A DNA stretch of 64,000 nt, taken from an uncultured delta proteobacterium. GTDB taxonomy: Bacteria; Myxococcota; Myxococcia; Myxococcales; Myxococcaceae. The stretch covers positions 2,400,001-2,464,000 of the forward strand of contig CAWCKH010000004.1 in the NCBI GenBank assembly GCA_963796055.1, written 5' to 3'. The notes beneath the pieces were generated by a model. That model ran no database searches. It had not been told where the DNA came from and saw nothing but the letters and a program-made list of their open reading frames with translations. Positions 28,718 through 39,466 of this stretch are shown one piece after another (within the stretch, counting starts at the first letter, position 1; each line of letters begins with the position of its first letter). The position numbers and the translations under genes were made by a program.

Positions 28718-29748
28718 GCGGCGACCGCAGCGAGGAGCCCACCCCGCGCCGGCTCCGCCAGGCCCGGGAGCGGGGCCAGGTGCCACGGAGCCGGCTCTTC
28801 TCGGGGAGCCTGGTGCTCGCCGGGGGAAGCACTGGCGCGGCGATGGGACTGGCCGGCGCCACCGACGCGCTCCGCACCTGGACGGTGCTGCTGCTGGTCC
28901 AGGGCACGGCGGTCCCCGCGGCCCTGCACCAGTCCCTCTGGCTGCTCGTCCGCGCCTGTGCCCCGGCGCTCGCCGGCGCGATGCTCGCCGCGGGCCTGGC
29001 CGGTCTCCTCGTTTCCGGCTGGGCTCCCTCCAGCGCGGTGCTCGTGCCGCGGCTGGAACGGCTCGACCCGCTGGCCGGACTGAAGCGCCTCTTCAGCTGG
29101 CGGACATTCTCCGAGCTCAGCCGGAGCCTGCTGTTCGCTGCGCTGCTCCTCGCCGTGCTCGCCGCCGGGGCCTGGACCCTCCTTCCGTCGGCGTTGCGGC
29201 TGCCGGGCGTCGCGAGACCGGCGGCGGGCCTGGTCCTGCTCCGCCCCGGGGCGCTGCGCGTCTGGACCGAGGCGCTGCTGCTCGCCCTGGCGGTGGGCGT
29301 GCTCGACCTCCTCCTCGCCCGGAGGAGGCATCGCCGTGCGCTGCGGATGAGCCGGGACGAGGTGCGGCGCGAGCACCGCGAGCAGGAGGGAGACCCACGC
29401 CATCGGGCCCACCGGCGGGCCGCGCACCGGCAGCTGCTGCTCGCCGGGCGGGTGCGCGGGGTGAAGGCCGCGTCGGTGGTGGTGGTGAACCCGATCCACG
29501 TCGCCGTCGCTCTGCGCTGGGCCCCGGAGGAGTGCGACGCGCCCTACCTGGTCGCCCGGGGGCGGGCGGACGAGGCGCGCGCCATCCGCGCCGAGGCACT
29601 CGCCCTGGGCATTCCCATCGTCCGTGACCTCGCGCTCGCCCGGGGGCTGGTCCACTACGACGTGGGCGAGGAGGTGCCGGAGGAGCTCTACCGCGCGGCG
29701 GCGGTGGTTCTGCAGCACGCGCTCGATCGCACCGAGGGCACACCATGA
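28714..29748 (+). CDS. sctU: Export switch SctU/FlhB
   Basis: SEEPTPRRLRQARERGQVPRS, MSRDEVRREHREQEGDP, autocleavage loop NPIH. Confidence 0.93.
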   Translation: MSGDRSEEPTPRRLRQARERGQVPRSRLFSGSLVLAGGSTGAAMGLAGATDALRTWTVLLLVQGTAVPAALHQSLWLLVRACAPALAGAMLAAGLAGLLVSGWAPSSAVLVPRLERLDPLAGLKRLFSWRTFSELSRSLLFAALLLAVLAAGAWTLLPSALRLPGVARPAAGLVLLRPGALRVWTEALLLALAVGVLDLLLARRRHRRALRMSRDEVRREHREQEGDPRHRAHRRAAHRQLLLAGRVRGVKAASVVVVNPIHVAVALRWAPEECDAPYLVARGRADEARAIRAEALALGIPIVRDLALARGLVHYDVGEEVPEELYRAAAVVLQHALDRTEGTP

Positions 29749-31784
29749 AGGCGCGCCTCCGGAATGTGCTCGCCGCGGCGCTCCGCCACCGGGCGCTGCT
29801 GCTGCCCTGCCTGGTGGCCGCCATCCTCGGCGCGCTGGTGGTGCCGCTGCCGAGCTGGCTGCTGGACCTGGGCCTGGCGCTGAATCTGGTTGCCGCCGCG
29901 GCGCTGCTGGTGGCGGCGCTGCGCGCCGGGGGGCCGCTGGAGCTGAGCGCCTTTCCCACCCTGCTCCTGGTGACCACGCTCTTCCGGCTGGCGCTGAACG
30001 TCTCCTCCACCCGGCTCGCCCTGGCCGACGGACACGCCGGGGCGGTCATCCAGGCGTTCGGCGAGTTCGTGGTGCAGGGCGACTACGTGGTGGGTGGCGT
30101 GGTGTTCGCCGTGGTGACCCTGGTGCAGTTCCTGGTGGTGGCCAAGGGCGCCGAGCGGGTGAGCGAGGTCGCGGCGCGCTTCACCCTCGATGCCATGCCG
30201 GGCAAGCAGATGGCCATCGACGCCGACCTCCGGGCTGGCCTCATCGACCAGACCGCCGCGCGCGAGCGCCGGCGGAGCCTGGAGCGCGAGTCGCAGATGT
30301 TCGGGGCGATGGACGGGGCGATGAAGTTCGTGAAGGGCGACGTGCTCGCCGGTCTGGTCATCGTGCTGGTGAACCTCGTCGGCGGGGTGCTGGTGGGCGT
30401 GCTCCAGCGCGGGCTCGACGCCCAGGGGGCCCTGGCCCGCTACGCGCTCATCGCCATCGGCGACGGGCTGGCGAGCCAGGTGCCCTCGCTCTGCATCGCG
30501 GTGGCCGCAGGGCTGGTGGTGACCCGCGTCGCGCCGGGCGAGGAGGGGCAGGGGCTCGGCGAGGACATCGGGCTGCAGCTCCTCGGTAGCCCGGGCGCGC
30601 CCTGGCTCCTGGCCGGGGTCGCCGGTGCGCTCTCGCTGGTGCCAGGGATGCCGCATCTCACATTCCTCGGCCTCGCCGGCGCGCTGCTCGTGCTCGGGCG
30701 CTGGTGGCGGCCCGGCGAGGCGTCTTCTCCCGAGGCTCCCGGGGAGCCGGTGGGCCCGCCCGCGACTCCGGGGAGCCCGGCCGAACAGGCCGAGCCCGCA
30801 ATGGGCGTGTCGCCGCTCGCGCTCGAGCTCGCGCCGGGATGGACCGAGGGGTCGTCGGGCGCGCGCCCGTTCCAGGACGCGCTCCGGCGGATGCGCGCGG
30901 CGCTCGAGGCCGAGCTCGGATTCCGGATGCCCGGGGTCCACGTCCGCGCCGGCGCCGCACTCCCCGAGGGGGCCTACCGCATCCTGGTGGACGAGGTTCC
31001 TGCCGCCGCCGGCCGTCTCCCCACCTCGGGGGTGCTGGTCCGGAGCGCCGCGGCAGAGCTGGGCTTCCTCTCGGTCGAGGCGGAGCCGCTGGAGGACCCG
31101 CTCACCGGCCGGCCGCTGGCGCGGGTGCCTGAGCCGGCGCGGGAGCGGCTGGAGCTCGCCGGGCTCGCGCCGCGCGCTCCGGCCGAGGTGGTGGTCGAAC
31201 ACCTGGCGAGCGTGGCCCGTCGCCACGCACCGGCGCTGCTGGGGCTCCAGGACGTGCAGCTGCTGCTCGACGGGCTCGAGGCTCGGTGCCCGGCGCTGGT
31301 CCACCCGGTGCTGGAGAAGGTGACCTTGCCCGTGCTGACGGACGTGCTCCGCCGCCTCCTGCACGAGGGGGTCAGCGTCCGGAACCTCCGGGGGGTGCTG
31401 GAGACGCTCGCCTCGCCGGGCATCGACGGCGACGCCGCGACCCTGGCCGAGCGGTGCCGCCAGGCGCTGGCGCGGTGGATCAGCCACCGGCACGCTCCCT
31501 CGGGAGCGCTCTTCGCCTGGCTGGTGGACCCGGCGCTCGAGGAAACCCTCCGCACCCGCACCGTGGACGGCGCGCCGGCGCTCGAGCCCGAACGGGTCCA
31601 GGCGCTGCTCGAGGCGGTGGCGGGGCTGGTCGAGGACGGCCGAGCGGTGCTCCTCGCCTCGGGCGACGTCCGCCGCCCGCTCCGGGCGCTGTGCGAGGGC
31701 GCGTTTCCGGAGGTCGCGGTGCTGGCCTATGCCGAGCTCGACCCGGCGCTCCGGGTCAAGCCGCTGGGAAGGCTCTCTGCCTAG
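29745..31784 (+). CDS. sctV: Export apparatus SctV/FlhA
   Basis: AKGAERVSEVAARFTLDAMPGKQMAIDADL, FGAMDGAMKFVKGD, IGDGLASQVP. Confidence 0.96.
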   Translation: MKARLRNVLAAALRHRALLLPCLVAAILGALVVPLPSWLLDLGLALNLVAAAALLVAALRAGGPLELSAFPTLLLVTTLFRLALNVSSTRLALADGHAGAVIQAFGEFVVQGDYVVGGVVFAVVTLVQFLVVAKGAERVSEVAARFTLDAMPGKQMAIDADLRAGLIDQTAARERRRSLERESQMFGAMDGAMKFVKGDVLAGLVIVLVNLVGGVLVGVLQRGLDAQGALARYALIAIGDGLASQVPSLCIAVAAGLVVTRVAPGEEGQGLGEDIGLQLLGSPGAPWLLAGVAGALSLVPGMPHLTFLGLAGALLVLGRWWRPGEASSPEAPGEPVGPPATPGSPAEQAEPAMGVSPLALELAPGWTEGSSGARPFQDALRRMRAALEAELGFRMPGVHVRAGAALPEGAYRILVDEVPAAAGRLPTSGVLVRSAAAELGFLSVEAEPLEDPLTGRPLARVPEPARERLELAGLAPRAPAEVVVEHLASVARRHAPALLGLQDVQLLLDGLEARCPALVHPVLEKVTLPVLTDVLRRLLHEGVSVRNLRGVLETLASPGIDGDAATLAERCRQALARWISHRHAPSGALFAWLVDPALEETLRTRTVDGAPALEPERVQALLEAVAGLVEDGRAVLLASGDVRRPLRALCEGAFPEVAVLAYAELDPALRVKPLGRLSA

Positions 31785-31787
31785 CCC

Positions 31788-32123
31788 TCAGGCCGCGTCC
31801 TCGTCCGTCGACGAGCTCGAGCCGTCCACGCGGGTCGTGGTGGGCGTTGCCCGGTTCACGCGGTCGCGGAGCTCCTTGCCGGTCCGGAAGAGCAGCCCGC
31901 GCTTCGGCTTCACCGGGATGACCTGTCCCGTCTTGGGATTGCGGCCCTGGTACCCGTCGTAGTGCTTCACATGAAAGGCGCCAAGCCCGCGGATCTCGAT
32001 GTTTTCCCCACGGCAGAGAGCGTCCTTCATCGCTTCGAAGATCGTCTCGACGGTCGCCTCAGCCTGCTTCTGGGTGATTCCGCGCTTCGACACGAGGATG
32101 TTGATGAGGTCGCTCTTCAGCAT
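31788..32123 (-). CDS. HU/IHF family DNA-binding protein (IHF-beta-like)
   Basis: MLKSDLI...IEIRGLGAF...GRNPKTG...FRTGKELRDRVN. Confidence 0.93.
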   Translation of the reverse strand: MLKSDLINILVSKRGITQKQAEATVETIFEAMKDALCRGENIEIRGLGAFHVKHYDGYQGRNPKTGQVIPVKPKRGLLFRTGKELRDRVNRATPTTTRVDGSSSSTDEDAA

Positions 32124-32231
32124 CGCCGGGACGCTCCCTTGGCAGGTCGGCGAACCCACCAGTGGTTCTGGACACTTGCAGAATCCTGGGCCGCATGCAA
32201 GCGGACGGCTGCGACAAGCTGCGGCAATGCC

Positions 32232-33512
32232 TCAGGAATTTGGTGTAGGTGGCCGGCGCTCGAGGTCGGCCAGCTCGACCCAGCTCCACTTCTCCAGCCG
32301 CTGCGAGGCCTCGGCGTCTGCGGCCATGAGCACGGCGTCGATCTCCGCCAGGTCCGGGGCAGGGAGCGAGGGGTCGAGTCCGGACGGAGCGCCGAGGCCG
32401 TGCCCGCCGAGCGCCGCGGTCACCTGCCCCAGGGTCAGGTAGGTCGGGTCCCGGGCCGGGCTCCACCCCGAGTGCCGCCCCTCGTGGACGAGGTCCGCGT
32501 CGCGGAGCGCCTCGAGGATGGGCTGGACCACGTCCTCGGGCAGCTCGATCTCCCGGGCGAGCGAGGCCTGGTCGGGCGCCCGTTGCTGCTCGACCCACGC
32601 CCGGGTGAGGTGCTGGACGATGCGCACCGCCGCCAGCTCGCGGCCCCGCGGATGCCCCACCAGCGCGGGCCACACCGACTGGAACCGGGCGTTCTGGAGC
32701 GCGTAGGCCAGCCGGGCCCCGGCCAGCACGATGAACCAGCTCACGTAGAGCCAGAGCAGGAAGAGCGGGATGGCGCCGAGCGAGCCGTAGAGCACGCCAT
32801 AGCGGAAGGTCTGGGCGGCGAAGCTCGCGTATCCCGCCCGGAGCAACGTCCACAACAGGCCGGCCACCGCCGCCCCGACGAAGGCAAACACCCAGCGAAC
32901 CCGACAGTTGGGGGTGACGACGTAGAGCAGGGTGAGCGAACCGATGGCGGTGAGAATGGCGACGACGGAGAGGATCTCTCCGCTGAACGGCATGCCCGAC
33001 TCCTGGAGGAGCCGCCGGAGCATCGAGTTCGCCGAGACCGCGGTGCCGAGTAGGAGCGGCACCGCCACCAGCGCCGCCAGCCAGACCAGGATCCGCACCG
33101 GCCAGGGCCGGTTCTCGCGGACGTTCCAGACCTCGTTCAGCGCATGGTCGAGCATCCGGACGAGGGGAATGGCCGCGATGACCAGGGCCGCGAAGCCCAG
33201 GCCGCCGGCCACCTTGGAGGAGGCGTCGGTGAGGATGCCGCGGAGCGTGGCCAGGGCGCTCTCGGCCAGCCCCGGGGCGAGGAGCCGCAGTACCAAGACT
33301 TCCATCCGCCGCTCGAAGGTCTCCTCCCCGAGCTGGTGGAGCAGGAACAGGCCCACCACCGCCAGGGGGACGAGCGAGAAGATGCTGACGTAGGTGAGCG
33401 CGGCGGCGCGCAGACTGAGCTGCTCGCCGCGGTATCCCGAGAAGACCCACCGGATGCGCCGGGCGGCCTCGCCGGACCGGCGGGTGGTGAGGGCCGCGGC
33501 CGTCACCCCCAT
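32232..33512 (-). CDS. YihY/BrkB family membrane protein with C-terminal Rrf2-like wHTH
   Basis: AAALTYVSIFSLVP, YGSLGAIPLFLLWLYVSWFIVLAGA, C-terminal helix-turn-helix-like segment. Confidence 0.88.
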   Translation of the reverse strand: MGVTAAALTTRRSGEAARRIRWVFSGYRGEQLSLRAAALTYVSIFSLVPLAVVGLFLLHQLGEETFERRMEVLVLRLLAPGLAESALATLRGILTDASSKVAGGLGFAALVIAAIPLVRMLDHALNEVWNVRENRPWPVRILVWLAALVAVPLLLGTAVSANSMLRRLLQESGMPFSGEILSVVAILTAIGSLTLLYVVTPNCRVRWVFAFVGAAVAGLLWTLLRAGYASFAAQTFRYGVLYGSLGAIPLFLLWLYVSWFIVLAGARLAYALQNARFQSVWPALVGHPRGRELAAVRIVQHLTRAWVEQQRAPDQASLAREIELPEDVVQPILEALRDADLVHEGRHSGWSPARDPTYLTLGQVTAALGGHGLGAPSGLDPSLPAPDLAEIDAVLMAADAEASQRLEKWSWVELADLERRPPTPNS

Positions 33513-33517
33513 GGTCC

Positions 33518-35989
33518 CTAGGCCCCCGGCACCTTGTCCGCGCCCGCGCTCGGCGGCGGGGTGGGCGTGCCCTGGGCGCCACCTCCACCCTCGCGGCGGT
33601 CACGGTCACGGTCACGGTCGCGGTCCCGGTCGCGTCCGCCGCGGCGGTTGCGCCCGCCCCGGTGCCCGCGATCGCGGTCGCGATCCCGTTCGCGCGCCAC
33701 TGGCTCGCTCCGCTCCATCGGCAGACCGACCCCCTCCGGGGCGCGGAGGGTGGAGGACGAGGTGGCGACCTTGTGGTCCTCGCCGTGCGCGCTGCGGCCG
33801 TAGAGGTCGTACTGCTCGCGGTGGTAGTTGTTCTGTGGCCGGACCTGGATGGTCTTGTTGTAGCGGTCCATCAGATGGCGCAGCTCCTGGCGCTCCTCGG
33901 TCTGGAGGAGCCGGGCCACCTCGACGTTGCAGTTCACCACCAGGGTCGGGTCCTTGAAGTTCGGCGCCTCGCGGCGCACCTCGCGGAAGATCTCGTAGGC
34001 CACGGTGGTGGCGGTCTTCACGAAGCCCTGCCCGCCGCAATATCCACAGTCCTCGTGCAGCATCCGCCCGATGGACTCGCGCACCCGCTTGCGGGTCATC
34101 TCCACCAGGCCCAGCTCGCTGATCCGCAGCACGTTGGTCTTGGCCTTGTCGCGTCCCAGGGCTTCCTGCAGCGCCTTGAAGACCTTGTCCCGGTTCTGCG
34201 GCTTCTCCATGTCGATGAAGTCGCAGATGATGATCCCGCCGATGTTGCGCAGCCGGAGCTGGTAGACGATCTCCTTGGCCGCCTCCATGTTGATCTTGGT
34301 GATCGTCTCCTCGAGGCTCTTCTTCCCCACGTAGCGCCCGGAGTTGACGTCGATGGCGACGAGCGCCTCGGCCTGGTCGATGATCAGGTAGCCACCGCTC
34401 TTCAGCCACACCTTGCGCTGGGTGGCCCGTCGGATCTCCTGCTCGATGCCGTAGCTGTCGAAGATGGGCTCGTCGGTGTCGTGGAGCACCACCCGCTGGG
34501 CGAGCGCCGGATCCTGGGCGGTGACGAAGCCGAGGATCCGCTCGTACTCCTCGCGGTCGTCCACCACCAGCTTCTCCACGTCGGCGGCGAAGAGGTCGCG
34601 GGTGGCGCGGAGGATGAGGTCCAGGTCGGGGTGCATCAGCCCGGGCCCCCCGCGCTTCTCGTTCTTTCGTACCACCTGGTTCCAGATCTCGATCAGGAAC
34701 CGGATGTCGCTCTCCAGCTTGGCCTGGGGGACGTTCTCGGCGACCGTGCGGACGATGAACCCGGTGCCGGGCGGCCGGAGCCGGTCGACAATCTCCCGGA
34801 GGCGCCGCCGCTCCTTCTCGTTGGAGATGCGACGGCTGATGCCCACGTGGTCGACGGTGGGCATGAACACCAGATGCCGGCCGGGAATGCTGATGTGCGA
34901 GGTGAGCCGGGCGCCCTTGCTGCCGATGGGGTCCTTGGAGATCTGCACCACGACCTCCTGGCCCACCTTCAGGAGGTCCTCGATGCGGACCTCCTTGCGC
35001 GGCCTGGGCCGGTCCTCGCGGCGGTCTCCCTTGCCGTGCCCGTTCCGTCCCCGGCCACGTTCTTGTTGCTGCCGCTCACGGAGCTCGCGCGGGGCGCGGC
35101 GGGCGCCCTGCTCGCCCCGGCGCTCCCGGGCCGGGGCGGCTGCTCCGGCGGAGGTCGGCGCCGCGGACCCATCGGGCGCTGCGACGGAGGCCGTGCTCGA
35201 GACCGGGGGCGGACCGTCGAGAGGTGCCGCGGAAGGGAGCACCGCCAGCTCGGGCGCGGCCGGCGAGACCGGGGCCGCCATCGACGACTCGATCGGCGCG
35301 CCAGGAGCGGTGGCCTCTCCGGAGAGCGAGAGGGGTTCCTGCGCATCCTCCGGCCCGGGGCGTTGTGACTCCTGCTCCGCCGCAGCGTCTGTGCCGGACA
35401 CGCTGGTGGGCACCGACGCCTCGCCGGCGCCGAGCACGTCGGATGCATCGTCGACCGTCAGCCCGTCGGTCTCGTCCGCGGAGGCGTCCATCGCGCCCGC
35501 GAGGTCGGGCAGCTCGTCGTCGGTGCCATCGTCGGCCGGGTCCAGTCCCCCGGCGCCGCCCTCGCTGAAGGCCTCGGCGTGCGCCGCCTCGTGCAGGGCG
35601 TCGGCATGGGCGTCGACGTGCTCGACCTCGGCGTGGAGCGAGGGCAGCTCGGGCGCGGTCCCGGCGACGGCGACCCCCGTCTCCTCGAGCTCGTCCGGGA
35701 CCTCCGGGGCGTCCTCGTGCTCGCCCTCGGTCAGCTCGAACTGGGCGCGGGCGAAGTCGGGGTCGTAGACGACGTCTGAGACGTAGAGGAAGGCCGCCTT
35801 GTCCAGCCCGATGTCCACGAAGGCCGCCTGCATGCCCGGGAGCACCCGGACCACCCGGCCCTTGTAGATGTTGCCGACGACGCCCTTGTCCTTCTTACGC
35901 TCGAGATAGAACTCCGCGATGTGGCCCTGCTCCACGAGCGCCACGCGCGTCTCGCGGCCGGCCGCGTTGATCAAGAGGATGCTGCCCAT
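33518..35989 (-). CDS. rne: Ribonuclease E/G family endoribonuclease
   Basis: GNIYKGRVVRVLPGMQAAFVDIG, KDPIGSKGARLT, IDVNSG, QLRLRNIGGIIICDFIDM, CGYCGGQG Zn-link. Confidence 0.95.
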   Translation of the reverse strand: MGSILLINAAGRETRVALVEQGHIAEFYLERKKDKGVVGNIYKGRVVRVLPGMQAAFVDIGLDKAAFLYVSDVVYDPDFARAQFELTEGEHEDAPEVPDELEETGVAVAGTAPELPSLHAEVEHVDAHADALHEAAHAEAFSEGGAGGLDPADDGTDDELPDLAGAMDASADETDGLTVDDASDVLGAGEASVPTSVSGTDAAAEQESQRPGPEDAQEPLSLSGEATAPGAPIESSMAAPVSPAAPELAVLPSAAPLDGPPPVSSTASVAAPDGSAAPTSAGAAAPARERRGEQGARRAPRELRERQQQERGRGRNGHGKGDRREDRPRPRKEVRIEDLLKVGQEVVVQISKDPIGSKGARLTSHISIPGRHLVFMPTVDHVGISRRISNEKERRRLREIVDRLRPPGTGFIVRTVAENVPQAKLESDIRFLIEIWNQVVRKNEKRGGPGLMHPDLDLILRATRDLFAADVEKLVVDDREEYERILGFVTAQDPALAQRVVLHDTDEPIFDSYGIEQEIRRATQRKVWLKSGGYLIIDQAEALVAIDVNSGRYVGKKSLEETITKINMEAAKEIVYQLRLRNIGGIIICDFIDMEKPQNRDKVFKALQEALGRDKAKTNVLRISELGLVEMTRKRVRESIGRMLHEDCGYCGGQGFVKTATTVAYEIFREVRREAPNFKDPTLVVNCNVEVARLLQTEERQELRHLMDRYNKTIQVRPQNNYHREQYDLYGRSAHGEDHKVATSSSTLRAPEGVGLPMERSEPVARERDRDRDRGHRGGRNRRGGRDRDRDRDRDRDRREGGGGAQGTPTPPPSAGADKVPGA
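33595..33692 (-). repeat. Coding hexamer repeats (Arg-Asp dipeptide runs) in the RNase E/G tail
   Basis: Plus strand CACGGT/CGCGGT/CCCGGT units encode RDRDRDRD on the minus strand. Confidence 0.8.
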
Positions 35990-36483
35990 GGGGAAACCCC
36001 GTGCGCGCGCATCCGGACTCGCCGTCCGCCGGACGGGTGGCGGCGGAATCGAGCGGTTCAGGAGCGCGCGTGAAGGAGAGGGTCCCGGGTGAGCCGACCG
36101 GCGCAGACCGGGGGCCGCCTGGGCGGTGCTCGGTCATCAAACGCAGGGGGTTCACGAGAGTCAGGACTCCCTCGAAGTGCTCTGGTGCTGCTTTCCTGCG
36201 GCCAGTCGCCCCGGGTTGGGGGTCGCCGGGGCCGGTGGGGTGGCTCCTGGTGTGGAGTCGCCGGCGGCCTCGAGCGCCCGGGGTGGTGCGCCGCACGCTT
36301 GCGGCGTCCCAGGGACGCAGGTCCCGTCAAAAAATCCCTTTCAGTCCTTATACTTGCAGAGAAGGGGGCCGCGGCGCAAGGGATCCCGCAAAGTGTGCGG
36401 AACCCTGAGCTGGCGCGCGCCAGGCGACCACTTTCCGGGGCGAGTGGGCGGAGTGAGCCTCGGGCCGCTCTCCGGGCTGCTCG

Positions 36484-36900
36484 TCAGGCGTCGGCGATCG
36501 ACGGCTGGCGGCTTCCCGGTCGGCTGGGCCGGGCCCGCGACTCGCGCTTGAGGCGCAGCCCCGTCCAGCCCTCCCCGAGGTTCGCCCGCTTGTCGTCGAC
36601 CAGTCCGAGGTCGAGCCCTGCCTGGCGGACCATGTCCTCGTCCAGGGCGGTGGTGCCCTGCTCCCAGGCCACCCAGATGCGGCCGGGGAGGGCGATGGAG
36701 CGCGCCAGCGCCGGGAGCCGGGTGAGCAGCTCCCCCGCCGTCCGGGTGAAGAAGAGCACCACGTCGAGCCCGGTCTGGGCGGTGACCAGGAACTCCACCC
36801 CGACCGGGAGCGGGTTCAGGAGGGCGACGAAGCCGGGCGGCGGGTTCACGACCGACACCTTGGAGCCCGCCCGGATGCCGAGCACGTTGGAGAGGCTCAC
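36484..36900 (-). CDS. DUF3052-like hypothetical protein
   Basis: LGIRAGSKV...LDVVLFF...IWVAW...VRQAGLDLGLVDDK. GTGA overlap with acylphosphatase. Confidence 0.7.
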   Translation of the reverse strand: MSLSNVLGIRAGSKVSVVNPPPGFVALLNPLPVGVEFLVTAQTGLDVVLFFTRTAGELLTRLPALARSIALPGRIWVAWEQGTTALDEDMVRQAGLDLGLVDDKRANLGEGWTGLRLKRESRARPSRPGSRQPSIADA

Positions 36901-37181
36901 CCGGTGGTCCCCACCTGAAAGCCTCGGTCCAGCCCGTTCGCGGACACCGCCATCACCTGGACTTCCTCCACCCTGGCCGCCGGCGGGCCTCTCTTGCACC
37001 AGGCGACGAACGTCTCCACCGCCTCCGGCCTGCCCTCGGCACGCGCCTCCACCGTCCCGTCCATCCGGTTCCGGACCCAGCCCGAGAGGCCGAGCCGGTT
37101 GGCCTCCTCCACGGCCCGGGCGCGGAAGGCCACGCCCTGCACGCGTCCCACGACGACCAGGTGTACGGCGGAGCGCTCCAT
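36897..37181 (-). CDS. acyP: Acylphosphatase
   Basis: GRVQGVAFR and GWVRNRMDGTVE signatures. Confidence 0.95.
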   Translation of the reverse strand: MERSAVHLVVVGRVQGVAFRARAVEEANRLGLSGWVRNRMDGTVEARAEGRPEAVETFVAWCKRGPPAARVEEVQVMAVSANGLDRGFQVGTTG

Positions 37182-37196
37182 CCCGAGAACGCTCCT

Positions 37197-39257
<2,061 letters not shown>

Positions 39258-39267
39258 TCAGGTCTTC

Positions 39268-39296
39268 TTGACACTGGAGGAGTCGGTCAATAACGT
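39268..39296 (+). promoter_or_regulatory. Putative sigma70 promoter for rho
   Basis: TTGACA (39268-39273), 17 nt spacer, TAACGT (39291-39296). Confidence 0.65.
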
Positions 39297-39466
39297 CCTT
39301 CTCATCCGTGGGTGACGTGGAAGTCCACCGCCCATCGGACCCTCAACTCCGCACCGGCCACCGCACCTTGAAGTGAGCGCCTCTCGCTGCTGCCGAGGCG
39401 CCGAGCGGCTGCCGGGTCGGCTCAGGTCCCCTGTCCCCTCTCCGTGGGGCGGGGTGCACGTTCCCC

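Noticed and set aside
29485..29500. SctU NPIH instead of NPTH as a non-cleavable variant
   Set aside because: The catalytic Asn-Pro is intact, so the change is probably neutral.
23264..31784. Flagellar operon
   Set aside because: No FliF C-terminal domain, rod, hook, flagellin or motor genes. SctJ- and SctI-type genes are present instead.
33595..33692. Tandem repeats as a CRISPR array or VNTR
   Set aside because: They are short in-frame codon repeats for Arg-Asp with no spacers, and no cas genes are in the window.
35990..36483. RNase P RNA, tmRNA or 6S RNA in the long intergenic region
   Set aside because: No GAGGAAAGTCC-type RNase P signature or tRNA-like ends were found by eye. An Rfam search is still needed.
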